Positions 38,322 to 47,802 of a DNA stretch of 64,000 nt are shown piece by piece; the stretch's first letter is position 1; every line of letters begins with the position of its first letter. Under the pieces are notes generated by a model. It made no database searches. It was not told where the DNA came from and saw nothing but the letters and a program-made list of their open reading frames with translations. The stretch comes from an uncultured Thermoleophilia bacterium (GTDB lineage: Bacteria; Actinomycetota; Thermoleophilia; UBA2241), in the NCBI GenBank assembly GCA_963702475.1, contig CAVPCT010000009.1, forward strand, positions 288,001-352,000, given 5' to 3'. Made by a program: the position numbers and the translations under genes.

Positions 38322-39116
38322 ATGCAGGGCTGCATCTGTCCCCACCCTCCGTTGCTCATTCCCGAGGTCGGCGGCTCTTCCATCCGCAGGGTCGCAGCCA
38401 CGAAACAGGCCCTGGAGCGACTCGCCGAGCTCGTCGGGGAGCCCGAGACCGCGGTCGTCATCTCGCCGCACACCGACGGGTACGGCGACGCCCACGTGGT
38501 GCGCACGGCGCCCAGGCTGCACGGTGACTTCGGGCGCTTCCGCCGTCCGGAGGCCGCCTTCAGCTACGACAACGACCTCCCTTTCGCGGAGTTGCTCCTG
38601 GCCCTCGCCGGTGACTCGAAGAAACTCCGCGTCGTGCCCGACGACGGCGACGTGCTCGACTGGGGCGTGCTCGTGCCGCTCAGCTTCCTGCGGGTGCAGC
38701 GCGTCGTCTCTCTCTCCATCGTCAGCTCCTACAGCGAGCACCGCGCTCTGGGCCAGCTCGTGCGCAGGTGCGCGGAGGAATTGGGACGCGACACGCTGTT
38801 CCTCGCTTCGGGCGACCTCTCGCACGCCCTCACGCACGACGCGCCGGCGCCGTACGACCCGCGCGGCAAGCTGTTCGACGACGAGGTCGTGAGACTGATG
38901 CGCAGCGGCGACTTCGTCGGCCTGAGCATGATGGACCCCATCCTGCTCGAAGGCGCAGCCGAGTGCGGCCTGCGCAGCTTCATCACCCTGGGAGGCTTTC
39001 TCGGCGACGACGCCACAGCCGACCCCAAGGTCCTGAGCTACGAAGGACCGTTCGGCGTGGGGTACCTCGTGGCCCACTTCGGCAAGCCGCCGGTCACGGC
39101 CGAGCCGGCTCCGTGA
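38322..39116 (+). CDS. AmmeMemoRadiSam system protein B (LigB/Memo-like)
   Basis: PHPPLLIPEVG, ISPH, ASGDLSH, AECGLRS, SYEGPFGVGY. Confidence 0.85.
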   Translation: MQGCICPHPPLLIPEVGGSSIRRVAATKQALERLAELVGEPETAVVISPHTDGYGDAHVVRTAPRLHGDFGRFRRPEAAFSYDNDLPFAELLLALAGDSKKLRVVPDDGDVLDWGVLVPLSFLRVQRVVSLSIVSSYSEHRALGQLVRRCAEELGRDTLFLASGDLSHALTHDAPAPYDPRGKLFDDEVVRLMRSGDFVGLSMMDPILLEGAAECGLRSFITLGGFLGDDATADPKVLSYEGPFGVGYLVAHFGKPPVTAEPAP

Positions 39117-39700
39117 ACAGGCACGCCGGCGAGGGAGAAGCCCACGGCGGATCCCTCGGCGACGAGCGCGTCGAGGGCCCGGCCGACTACGCGCGAGCCT
39201 GCGTGGCCGCGCACGTCACCGGCAGACGCGTGCCGGAGCCGCCGGACCACCCGCTGTACGGGCGTCCGGCGGCCTGCTTCGTCTCGCTGAAGGAGCACGG
39301 TGACCTGCGCGGATGTATCGGGACGCTGGAACCGGCCGAGGCGTCGCTCGGCCGGGAGATCGTGCGCAACGCCTACTCGGCGGCACTGTGCGACCCGCGC
39401 TTCTTCCGCGTGCGACCGGAGGAGCTCACGCTGCTCACCTTCTCGGTGGACGTGCTCAGCCCCAGCGAGCCGTGCGCGCAGGCCGACCTCGACCCGAGAG
39501 CCTACGGCGTCATCGTGCGCTGCGGGAGCCGGCGCGGCGTGCTGCTGCCGGACCTCGAGGGCATCGACGCCGTCGAGCAGCAGGTCGCGATCGCCCTGCA
39601 GAAAGCCGGCATCCTGCCCACTGAGCCGTACGACATCGAGCGGTTCACCGTCGCACGCTACCGGGAGGGCGACCCGCCGCGGGCGGACGACGCGGCGTGA
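39113..39700 (+). CDS. AmmeMemoRadiSam system protein A (AMMECR1)
   Basis: CFVSLK..GDLRGCIGT, DPRF, SVDVLS, GVLLPDLEG; GTGA overlap. Confidence 0.88.
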   Translation: MNRHAGEGEAHGGSLGDERVEGPADYARACVAAHVTGRRVPEPPDHPLYGRPAACFVSLKEHGDLRGCIGTLEPAEASLGREIVRNAYSAALCDPRFFRVRPEELTLLTFSVDVLSPSEPCAQADLDPRAYGVIVRCGSRRGVLLPDLEGIDAVEQQVAIALQKAGILPTEPYDIERFTVARYREGDPPRADDAA

Positions 39701-40659
39701 CCCGGCCCGGCGCCGGCGAGAGCCCTGTGGTCGAGGCGCCACCCGTCCTCGCACTGTTCGGGGCCACGGCGCTCGGCAAGTCGGCCGTCGCCGACTGTCT
39801 CGCCGCGCACCTCGACGCAGCTATCGTCGTGGCCGACTCCATGCAGGTCTACCGAGGCCTCGCCATCGTCACCAACCAGCCTGCTCCTGACGCCCTGCCG
39901 CAACGACATCTCGTGGGCTTCGTGGCGCCGCAGGCCGAGTGCGCGGTTGCGGACTACGCGCGGAAGGCGCACCGGGTCATAGACGCTCTCCGAGCCGAAG
40001 GCAGGGCAGTCATCGTCGAGGGTGGCTCCGGTCTCTACGTGCGTGCGGCACTCGGCGACCTCGCCTTCTCCGAGGCGCCGGAACCGGCCCTGCGGCGCGC
40101 GCTGGAGGAGCGCTGGAAGAGCGATCCCGGCAGCGTGCTCGACGAGCTCAGGCTCCGCGACCCGCGGACGTATGCGCGCGTGGACGTCGCGAACCCGCGG
40201 CGCGTGGTCCGCGCCCTCGAGTCCGTGCTGCTGCGCGGCGGCCCGCTGCCGTGGGACGCCGGCACGCACCTGTGGAGGGCGGGGGAGCGCTACCCGCACG
40301 TGCTCGCCGCGCTGGTCCCGGACCAGGATCGCGCGGCGCTGCGCGAGCGCATCGACAGGCGCGTCGAGGAGATGCTGCGCCGCGGCGCCCTGGAGGAGGT
40401 CCGCGCCGCTCGCGAGGCGGGGCCGTTCTCGCGGACCGTCGAACAGGCCATCGGCGTCCGCGAGCTCTGCGCCGTCCTCGACGGCGAGCTCTCCCTTGAG
40501 GACGCGGCGGCGCGCATGAAGACCAGGACCCGGGCCCTGGCGCGCCGTCAGCTCACCTGGATGCGCAAGCTGCCGGAGGCCGCCCTCGTGCCTGCGGCGG
40601 AGCGGCCTCCCGAGCAGGTGGCCGCCGCGGTACTCGCTCTGCTGCCACGCGGTGCGTGA
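39697..40659 (+). CDS. miaA: tRNA dimethylallyltransferase
   Basis: GATALGKS, ADSMQVYRGL, GGSGLY, RRVVRALE, ARRQLTW. Confidence 0.93.
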   Translation: MTRPGAGESPVVEAPPVLALFGATALGKSAVADCLAAHLDAAIVVADSMQVYRGLAIVTNQPAPDALPQRHLVGFVAPQAECAVADYARKAHRVIDALRAEGRAVIVEGGSGLYVRAALGDLAFSEAPEPALRRALEERWKSDPGSVLDELRLRDPRTYARVDVANPRRVVRALESVLLRGGPLPWDAGTHLWRAGERYPHVLAALVPDQDRAALRERIDRRVEEMLRRGALEEVRAAREAGPFSRTVEQAIGVRELCAVLDGELSLEDAAARMKTRTRALARRQLTWMRKLPEAALVPAAERPPEQVAAAVLALLPRGA

Positions 40660-40720
40660 TAAGATTCGCGCTCCGGCGCGCCGCGACCGCGGCGGCCTCT
40701 TCGCACAGGGGGTCGGGCGA

Positions 40721-41587
40721 GTGACGCCAGCATGGCAGGGCCTGGGCAAGGTCCAGTTCTCCAAGTGGCAGGGCCTCGGCAACAACTACATCGTGATGCA
40801 CGAGGAGCAGCTCCCGTTCGAGCTCACGCCCCAGCGCGTCCGTTTGCTGTGCGACCGCAACGTGGGTATCGGCTCCGACGGCATCATGCTCATCGGGGAG
40901 CAGACCGGAGAGGCGCGCTGGAAGGTCCGCATCTTCAACCCCGACGGCAGCGAGGCGGAGATGTGCGGTAACGGCGTGCGCATGGTCGCGCGCAAGTTGC
41001 AGATGGAAGGGTCCATCGTCGACACCGTCGTCCTCGAGACGGCTGCGGGTGAGATCGTCCCGAGACTGGGAGACGGCTTCCAGGTCACCGTCGACATGGG
41101 CGTGGCCCGCTTCGGTGGCGAGAAGCTCAACGGGTTCGAGGGCGACTGCGTGGAGCAGTCGCTGCATGCTGCGGGCCGCAACTTCACCTTCACCTTCGTG
41201 GACGTAGGCAACCCGCACGCGGTCATACAGTCGCCGTGGCCGCTGGAGCTCGTCCCGCTGCACGAGATAGGCCCCATGATCGAGGAGCACAAGTACTTTC
41301 CGCGCAAGGCCAACGTGGAGTTCGTCAAGGTCGTGAGCCGGCACGAGGCCAAGGTGCGCGTCTGGGAGCGGGGCGTGGGGGAGACCAGGGCGTGCGGGAC
41401 AGGCGCCACGGCGACCGCCGTCGCCCTGGTACGTACCGGCCAGTGCGACACGCCCGTCACGGTCGAGCTGCCCGGCGGCAAGCTGGTCGTTGACGTGGCC
41501 GACGACTGTCGCGTGCACATGACCGGGCCCGCAGAAGAGATCTACCACGGCGACCTCTCCCGGGAGTTCCTTGCCCACCTGGAGTAG
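40721..41587 (+). CDS. dapF: Diaminopimelate epimerase
   Basis: FSKWQGLGNNY, AEMCGNG, VGNPH, ERGVGETRACGTG; start uncertain; TAG stop. Confidence 0.93.
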   Translation: MTPAWQGLGKVQFSKWQGLGNNYIVMHEEQLPFELTPQRVRLLCDRNVGIGSDGIMLIGEQTGEARWKVRIFNPDGSEAEMCGNGVRMVARKLQMEGSIVDTVVLETAAGEIVPRLGDGFQVTVDMGVARFGGEKLNGFEGDCVEQSLHAAGRNFTFTFVDVGNPHAVIQSPWPLELVPLHEIGPMIEEHKYFPRKANVEFVKVVSRHEAKVRVWERGVGETRACGTGATATAVALVRTGQCDTPVTVELPGGKLVVDVADDCRVHMTGPAEEIYHGDLSREFLAHLE

Positions 41588-41590
41588 CGG

Positions 41591-42754
41591 ATGAAGTTCT
41601 CACAGCGAGTCGAAGGCCTGCCGCCGTACCTGTTCGCCGGCATCGAGCGACAGATCGCGGAGCGCCGAGCCCGCGGCCTCGACGTCATCAGCCTGGGCAT
41701 CGGCGATCCCGACCTGCCCACGCCGCCTCACGTCGTCGAGGCGCTCGCCGAGGCCGCACGAGATCCGGCCGTGCACCAGTACCCCAGCAACCAGGGGGAG
41801 CAGGGCTTTCGCGAGGCGGTCGCTTCCTTCTACGGCTCGCGCTTCGGCGTCGAGGTGCACCCGGCCACAGAGATCGTCCCGCTGCTGGGCGCCAAAGAGG
41901 GGATAGCCCACATCGGCCTCGCCCTGCTCGATGTGGGCGACGTGGCCCTCGCCGCCGACCCCGGCTACCCCGTGTACGTCACAGGTCCCCTGCTGGCCGA
42001 CGGCGTCGCCGTGCCGGTGCCGCTCATCCCCGAACTGGGCTTCCAGCCCGACCTGGGGACGATCCCCGCCGAGACGGCGGAGAAGGCCAAGCTCATCTTC
42101 GTGAGCTATCCCAACAATCCCACCGGAGCGGTGATCGAGGACGACTTCTTCTCCCGCCTCGTCGGCTGGGCCAAGGCCCATGACGTCGTGGTGGTCCACG
42201 ACAACGCCTACGCAGACATCACCTACGACGGCTACGTGGCGCCGAGCTTTCTCGCGACGCCTGGGGCCTTGGAGGTCGGTGTCGAGATGTTCAGCCTGTC
42301 GAAGAGCTACAACATGACCGGCTGGCGGTCGGGCGCCATCGTGGGCAACGCCGAGATCGTCGACGCGTTCTGGCGGCTGAAGACGAACATGGATTCGGGC
42401 ATGTTCGGCGCCGTGCAGCGGGCCAGCGCCGTGGCTCTGTCGAGCTCGCAGGACTGCGTGCGCGAGATGTGCCGCGTGTACGCGAGGCGGCGCGACCTGC
42501 TGGTCGAGGCCCTGCGGTCGCTCGGCATGCACGTGGACCCGCCCAAGGGGACCATCTACCTGTGGGCGCCGGTGCCGGACGGGTATACGTCGGCGAGCTT
42601 CACCGAGACGGTGCTCGAGCAGGCCGACGTGGTGGTCACGCCGGGGGCCGCCTACGGCGCCGCCGGCGAGGGCTACGTGCGCCTGTCGCTGACGATCGCC
42701 GACGAGCGCCTCGAAGAGGCCGTCCGCCGCATCGAGGAGCGGGTACGACTCTAG
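41591..42754 (+). CDS. dapL: LL-diaminopimelate aminotransferase
   Basis: PPYLFA, LGIGDPDLPTP, YPNNPTGA, SLSKSYNMTGWR, KTNMDSG; next to dapF. Confidence 0.85.
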   Translation: MKFSQRVEGLPPYLFAGIERQIAERRARGLDVISLGIGDPDLPTPPHVVEALAEAARDPAVHQYPSNQGEQGFREAVASFYGSRFGVEVHPATEIVPLLGAKEGIAHIGLALLDVGDVALAADPGYPVYVTGPLLADGVAVPVPLIPELGFQPDLGTIPAETAEKAKLIFVSYPNNPTGAVIEDDFFSRLVGWAKAHDVVVVHDNAYADITYDGYVAPSFLATPGALEVGVEMFSLSKSYNMTGWRSGAIVGNAEIVDAFWRLKTNMDSGMFGAVQRASAVALSSSQDCVREMCRVYARRRDLLVEALRSLGMHVDPPKGTIYLWAPVPDGYTSASFTETVLEQADVVVTPGAAYGAAGEGYVRLSLTIADERLEEAVRRIEERVRL

Positions 42755-42791
42755 ACGAGCCTCCACAGGACGGCGCCTCCCGCAGGCCCGC

Positions 42792-44123
42792 ATGAGCGAC
42801 GGCACCCACATCACTGAGACCGGCGCCACCGAGACGCGACCCCGCGCCGTGGTCTTCGCCGTGGTGCCGGGCGGCGCCGGCGAGCCCGGAGAGGCCGAGC
42901 CGCTCAACGAGATCAAGGAGCTGCTGAGTTCGGCGGACATGGACTGGGTGGCCGACGTGATCCAGCACAAGGAGCGGCCACACCCGCACTCGTACCTCGG
43001 CAAGGGCAAGCTGGACGACCTCAAGCGGGCGGTCGAGGAGACCGGCGCCACCGTGGCCGTGTGCGAGGACGACCTGAGCCCCGGGCAGGTGGCGGCGGTG
43101 CTCGACGCGATCGACGCCGACGTGCTCGACCGTACCGAGCTCATCCTCACGGTGTTCAGCAAGCACGCCCACTCGCTGGAGGGCACCCTGCAGGTGCACC
43201 TGGCGCAACTCGAGTACGAGCTCACGCGAATGCGCGGCAAGGGCATGATCCTGTCGCGCCTGGGCGCCGGTGTGGACATGCGCGGTCCCGGCGAGACCAA
43301 GCTGGAGGTCGACCGTCGCGTGGTGCGCAAGCGCATCCAGACGCTGCGTGCGCGCATCGACCACATGGCCCGCACCCGCCGTACCCAACGGGCGCGACGT
43401 CTGCGCGCGGCGGTCCCGCTCATCGCGCTCGCCGGGTACACGAACGCCGGCAAGTCCACTCTGCTCAACGCCCTGACAGACGCGAGCGTGCCCGTGCGGG
43501 ACCGCCTCTTCGAGACGCTCGACCCGACGTCGCGGTCCTATCGTTACCGCGACCGCGACTACGTGCTCACCGACACCGTCGGCTTCATCAGGAAGCTCCC
43601 TCACCAACTGGTCGACGCGTTCGCCAGCACGCTCGAGGAGACCACCCTCGCCGACGTGGTCCTCGTGGTGGCCGACGCGCACCTGGAGGCCTCGGAGGTC
43701 GCGGTGCGGCAGCAGACGGTGGCCGAGGTGCTCGACGAGCTGGGGGCGACGGCGCCGCGATTGCTCGTCTTCAACAAGACCGACCTGGCCGACGAAGGCA
43801 AGCTCGCGCGCCTGCGGGCGCTCTACCCGGAAGCAGAGTTCATCGCCGCGGCCAGTGGCGAGGGCCTGGAGCGCCTCCAGGAGCGGCTGACGGCCTTCTT
43901 CGACCGCGCCCTGCGACCCGTACGGCTCCTGTTCCCGTATGCAGACGCCGCCGAGATGCATCGCCTGCGCGGCGTGGCCAGCAATGTACGCGAGGAGCAC
44001 ACACCCGAGGGCGTCGTGTTCACGGCCCGCCTCCCGGTAGCGGAGGCGGCGCGGTACGCGCGCTACGCGGTCGACCGCGCGCCCGGCGACGACAACGACG
44101 ACACGCACGAGTACTCCCCGTGA
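42792..44123 (+). CDS. hflX: GTPase HflX
   Basis: RGPGETKLEVDRR, GYTNAGKSTL, TDTVGFI, NKTD. Confidence 0.95.
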   Translation: MSDGTHITETGATETRPRAVVFAVVPGGAGEPGEAEPLNEIKELLSSADMDWVADVIQHKERPHPHSYLGKGKLDDLKRAVEETGATVAVCEDDLSPGQVAAVLDAIDADVLDRTELILTVFSKHAHSLEGTLQVHLAQLEYELTRMRGKGMILSRLGAGVDMRGPGETKLEVDRRVVRKRIQTLRARIDHMARTRRTQRARRLRAAVPLIALAGYTNAGKSTLLNALTDASVPVRDRLFETLDPTSRSYRYRDRDYVLTDTVGFIRKLPHQLVDAFASTLEETTLADVVLVVADAHLEASEVAVRQQTVAEVLDELGATAPRLLVFNKTDLADEGKLARLRALYPEAEFIAAASGEGLERLQERLTAFFDRALRPVRLLFPYADAAEMHRLRGVASNVREEHTPEGVVFTARLPVAEAARYARYAVDRAPGDDNDDTHEYSP

Positions 44124-44596
44124 GCAGCGACCCGCGCTCCGGTGAGCTCGGCGGCCCCAGCGCCGCGGTGGTCCCGGTCAGGCTGCTCTCGCCCGAAGCC
44201 TCGCTACCCACGCGCGCCTACGAGCACGACGCCGCCTACGACCTCTGCGCGGCCGAGGAGCTCGTGATCGAGCCGCTCGGCCGCGCGGTGGTCGGCACCG
44301 GCGTCGCCCTCGGCCTGCCGCCCCACCTCGCCGCCCTCACGTTGCCGCGCTCCGGGCTGGCGGCCCGTCACGGCATCTCGATCGTCAACGCTCCCGGCCT
44401 CATAGACCCCGGGTACCGCGGTGAGCTCCGTATCGTCCTCCTCAACACCGATCGAAACGAGGCCTTTCCTGTGCGGCTCGGCGACCGCATCGCCCAGTTG
44501 CTGTTCTTGAGCCTCACGGACGTCACCTTGGCCACTGCAGATGATCTCGAGGACACGCGCCGGGGGGCTCGCGGCTTCGGCTCCAGCGGTCGCTGA
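44120..44596 (+). CDS. dut: dUTP diphosphatase
   Basis: PRSGLA, IDPGYRGE, GDRIAQL, RGARGFGSSG. Confidence 0.93.
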   Translation: MSSDPRSGELGGPSAAVVPVRLLSPEASLPTRAYEHDAAYDLCAAEELVIEPLGRAVVGTGVALGLPPHLAALTLPRSGLAARHGISIVNAPGLIDPGYRGELRIVLLNTDRNEAFPVRLGDRIAQLLFLSLTDVTLATADDLEDTRRGARGFGSSGR

Positions 44597-44699
44597 CGGC
44601 CGGGAGGTACGCTCGGCTCGTTGACTGCGCATCGCCTCGCCAGTAGTCTGTCGGTTCATCGGGCTGCGCTCGGCAGTCTTGGGGGGTAGGGGGAAGAAC

Positions 44700-45206
44700 A
44701 TGACGCAGCAGGAAGCGGAGCGTCCTGAGTCTGCTCGAGATCCGGCGCCCGACGTGACGGCGTCGCCAGACAAGCCTACTATACGTGTAGCAGGCCTCTT
44801 GGTGCACGACGGCCGCATCCTGATGGTCGAGCAGGGCAGGGAGGGGGAGAGGTACTGGCTCCTCCCCGGCGGCGGCGTGCGCTTTGGCGAGACCCTCTCC
44901 GACGCCCTTCGCCGCGAGTTCATCGAGGAGCTCGGCATCCGCGTCGGCGTCTCCAAGCTGCTCGCCATCGTCGAGTCCGTCTCACCCGATCCGAGTTACC
45001 TCAAGCACGTCGTGCACCTTGTCTTCGAGGTGTCCGCACCGTTCGACTCCGACCCTGAGCCGCACGACCCGAAGGTGCTCTCGGCAGCGTTCCTCGACGA
45101 GCTCCAGCTTCAGCGCATAGACGTGCGCCCGCCGATCACCGAGTTCCTCAGCGGCTGTGTCCGCGAGTTGCCGTCCTCGCCCCAGTATCTCGGGCGCCGC
45201 TGGTAG
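44700..45206 (+). CDS. NUDIX hydrolase
   Basis: LPGGGVRFGETLSDALRREFIEELG Nudix box. Confidence 0.88.
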   Translation: MTQQEAERPESARDPAPDVTASPDKPTIRVAGLLVHDGRILMVEQGREGERYWLLPGGGVRFGETLSDALRREFIEELGIRVGVSKLLAIVESVSPDPSYLKHVVHLVFEVSAPFDSDPEPHDPKVLSAAFLDELQLQRIDVRPPITEFLSGCVRELPSSPQYLGRRW

Positions 45207-45316
45207 CGTCCACGGCTCGGCGCCCGAGAGGGTACCCGCCGCAGCCTGGGCTCCACGCGACACCACCCCTGCGCCGCCTGACGATGCGGGCCGCTGCGGC
45301 CGTCGTGCGTGGGATA

Positions 45317-45344
45317 ACGCACGATAATCATCGTTATGTAAAGT
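45317..45344. other. dif: dif site (XerC/XerD chromosome dimer resolution)
   Basis: ACGCACGATAA-TCATCG-TTATGTAAAGT fits 11-bp XerC arm, 6-bp spacer, 11-bp XerD arm; gene polarity switches here. Confidence 0.85.
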
Positions 45345-45589
45345 AGCACCTCCGACGCCGGGGATCTCGGCCCGCCGGGGTTTCACGGCCAGGCACCGCC
45401 CCCCTCCCTCGGTCGGCGACGACTCTCTCGGGTGGCGTCCCCCGCGGCGCCGTGCATCGTCTGCGCTCAGGGACGCACTGCGCCCTTACGGACACGGCGC
45501 GCGCCGTCGCACGTCGCCGGCCGAGCCCCGCTCCGGCGTCGAGCCCCGCCAGGAGGCGTCAACCCGGTCCGCCGGCTGCCCGGCTACCC

Positions 45590-46199
45590 GTCACCGGCAG
45601 ACCGTTCGTCGACCTGCTGGCCGGGCTCCTCCTCGAGCCTCTGGGGATGGACTACAGCGATCCCGCCGTCACCCTGGAGTCCCGGACGACGGTGGCGCTG
45701 CCGCACCAGCGCATCTACGACGACCGTCCGACGCATCCCGGTCACCCGTGGATGGTCAGCCCGTGGTACGAGACGGCGACGGCGGACGGCAGCATCGTCT
45801 CCACGGCGGCCGACATGTGCGCCTATGCGCGACTCCTGCTCGGCCGTGGTGCGACACCGGCGGGACGGTTGTTCTCCCGGAAGAGCTGGGCGTTGCTCGT
45901 CCAGCGCGCCGTCGAAGACCCCGGTGAACCAGGCTCCTGGTGTGGGCCACTACCGTTCCTGGAACGTCTGGCTGCCCGACGTCCGCGTCTTCGCGCGCAA
46001 GGGCGCCCTCGTCCTCTCCAGCCCCTGTCTGGAGGCCCCGGCCGGCGAACTGGAGCTCGTAGAGCTGGGTCCCGGCCTCTTTCGTGTGGGCCTCGAGGAC
46101 TGGCGCCTCGACCGTCTCCAGTTCGATGCCGCGATCGACGGGCAGGCCACGCGTGTGCGCTACAACCAGGCCGCCCTGTACCGGGCCTTCACGCCGTGA
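45590..46199 (+). pseudogene. Degenerate serine hydrolase (beta-lactamase family) fragment
   Basis: VTGRPF...LLEPLGM...ADGSIVSTAADMCAY in one frame, GHYRSWNVW...LYRAFTP in another; no SxxK-bearing N-terminus. Confidence 0.65.
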
Positions 46200-46268
46200 C
46201 GCGACCGTCGAGGCGTGACTTCCCTGAGCTCCCAAGTCGGCCGCAGGCACGTCGCACGACAGTGCTAC

Positions 46269-46282
46269 CGAACACGTGTTCG
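46269..46282. promoter_or_regulatory. LexA (SOS) box
   Basis: CGAAC-ACGT-GTTCG, perfect Gram-positive consensus CGAAC-RNRY-GTTCG. Confidence 0.55.
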
Positions 46283-46523
46283 TGCGGTCTTCCCCGCAGC
46301 CTTCGTCGTCGACCTCGGCCGGGGCAGCCGAGGTGTACCTGGGAGGCATCATCGATGCCGTAGGAGCCGCAGCCGTCCTCAAAGGCGATGGCGATGGTGC
46401 TTGTTGATGGCGGTGAGCGTCGGCGTGGTGCAGCCGTCCTTGGAAAGCACGGTCAGCACGTGGACGTAGTCCGCCGGCACGGCGCCGCCAGAAGGAGCGC
46501 CGCCCTCGCGGGCGGCCCGGCGC

Positions 46524-47051
46524 TCAGTACGTGATCAGGCTGAAGACGTCGTAGCCTTCGAGCTTCCTGCGTCCGCCCAGGGCGCCGAGCTCGATGATGA
46601 AGGCGACGCCGACGACCTTGCCGCCGAGCTTCTCGACCAGCTCGATCTTGGCCTTGGCCGTGCCACCAGTCGCCAGCAGGTCGTCGTGCACGAGGACGTT
46701 CTGACCCGGCTTGATGGCGTCGGCGTGCACCTCGAGCTTGTCGGTGCCGTACTCGAGGGCGTACTCGGCCGAGACGGTGTCGTGCGGCAACTTGCCCGGC
46801 TTGCGTGCACACACGAATCCGGCGCCGAGGCCGTAGGCCACCGCGGCGCCGAGGATGAACCCGCGCGCCTCGGCCCCCATCACCACGTCCACATGCCTGC
46901 CGACACCGTATTCCACCAGCCGGTCGACCGCCTCGTGGAGCGCCTTGGGCTCCTGCAGAAGCGGCATGATGTCGCGGAACAGGATGCCCTCCTTCGGGAA
47001 GTCGGGGATGTCGCGCACGTGGGAGCTGAGGTCGAAGCCGAGGTCGGTCAT
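46524..47051 (-). CDS. apt: Adenine phosphoribosyltransferase
   Basis: DFPKEGILFRDI, EARGF, RKPGKLP, DDLLATGGT. Confidence 0.96.
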   Translation of the reverse strand: MTDLGFDLSSHVRDIPDFPKEGILFRDIMPLLQEPKALHEAVDRLVEYGVGRHVDVVMGAEARGFILGAAVAYGLGAGFVCARKPGKLPHDTVSAEYALEYGTDKLEVHADAIKPGQNVLVHDDLLATGGTAKAKIELVEKLGGKVVGVAFIIELGALGGRRKLEGYDVFSLITY

Positions 47052-47070
47052 GGAGTCTCCTTGAGGTGTG

Positions 47071-47802
47071 TCAGCGGCCGGAACGGCCCCCGCTGAGCCG
47101 CCGCACACCGCGAGCGAGCAGCAGCTGGCGGAGCTGAGTCGTGGCCTGGACGATGTCGTCGAGCTGCTCCAGGCCTTCGCGCCGGCGGTCCTGCCGGGTG
47201 GAGCCGAGCGCCGGGAGCAGGACCTGCTCGATGAGACCGATCTCGCGATCGACCGCGCTCTTGACCACGCGCAGGTTCTTGGGGCGCAGCCCCAGCTGCG
47301 CGAGCTGCGCCGCGGCGCCGACGATGCCGGCGTCGGTCTCGGTGTAGCGGCGCACGCCGCTCACCTGGCGGGCGTGCACCAGCTCGAACTCCTCGAGCTC
47401 GGAGAGGAGTGCCGCGTCGGCGCCGGTCATGGCGTGGATCTCTTCGGCCGTGAACTCGCGCTCCTCCCCGCCGACCAGCAGGTCGACCTTGCGCAGGCTG
47501 GGCCGCGCGGACGGCAGCGGGTTGGCGGGGTTGCGCTCGAGCTCGCGGCGGATGACCTTGAGCGGCAGGTACTCGTCGCGCTGCATGGTGAGCACGCGCA
47601 CCAGTCGCGTGAAGTCGTCTTGCGAGTACAGGCGATACCCTGCCTTGGTGCGGCGCGGCGTGACCAGTCCCTGCTCCTCGAGGTACCTGAGCTTGCTGAC
47701 GCTGATGTCGGGGAACTCCCCGCGCAGGCGCTCGACGACCGAGCCGATGGTGAGGAGCTTCTCCTCCCCGACGTCGAACAGGAGCTCGGCCGGGTCGCTC
47801 AC
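47071..47802 (-). CDS. MerR family transcriptional regulator (FtsR-like)
   Basis: LTIGSV..L..EFPDISVSKLRYLE..GLV.P.RT..GYR, YLPLKVI. Confidence 0.88.
   Translation of the reverse strand: MSDPAELLFDVGEEKLLTIGSVVERLRGEFPDISVSKLRYLEEQGLVTPRRTKAGYRLYSQDDFTRLVRVLTMQRDEYLPLKVIRRELERNPANPLPSARPSLRKVDLLVGGEEREFTAEEIHAMTGADAALLSELEEFELVHARQVSGVRRYTETDAGIVGAAAQLAQLGLRPKNLRVVKSAVDREIGLIEQVLLPALGSTRQDRRREGLEQLDDIVQATTQLRQLLLARGVRRLSGGRSGR

Noticed and set aside
45313-45338. Fur-box-like GATAAT repeats
   Set aside because: Better explained by the dif site architecture
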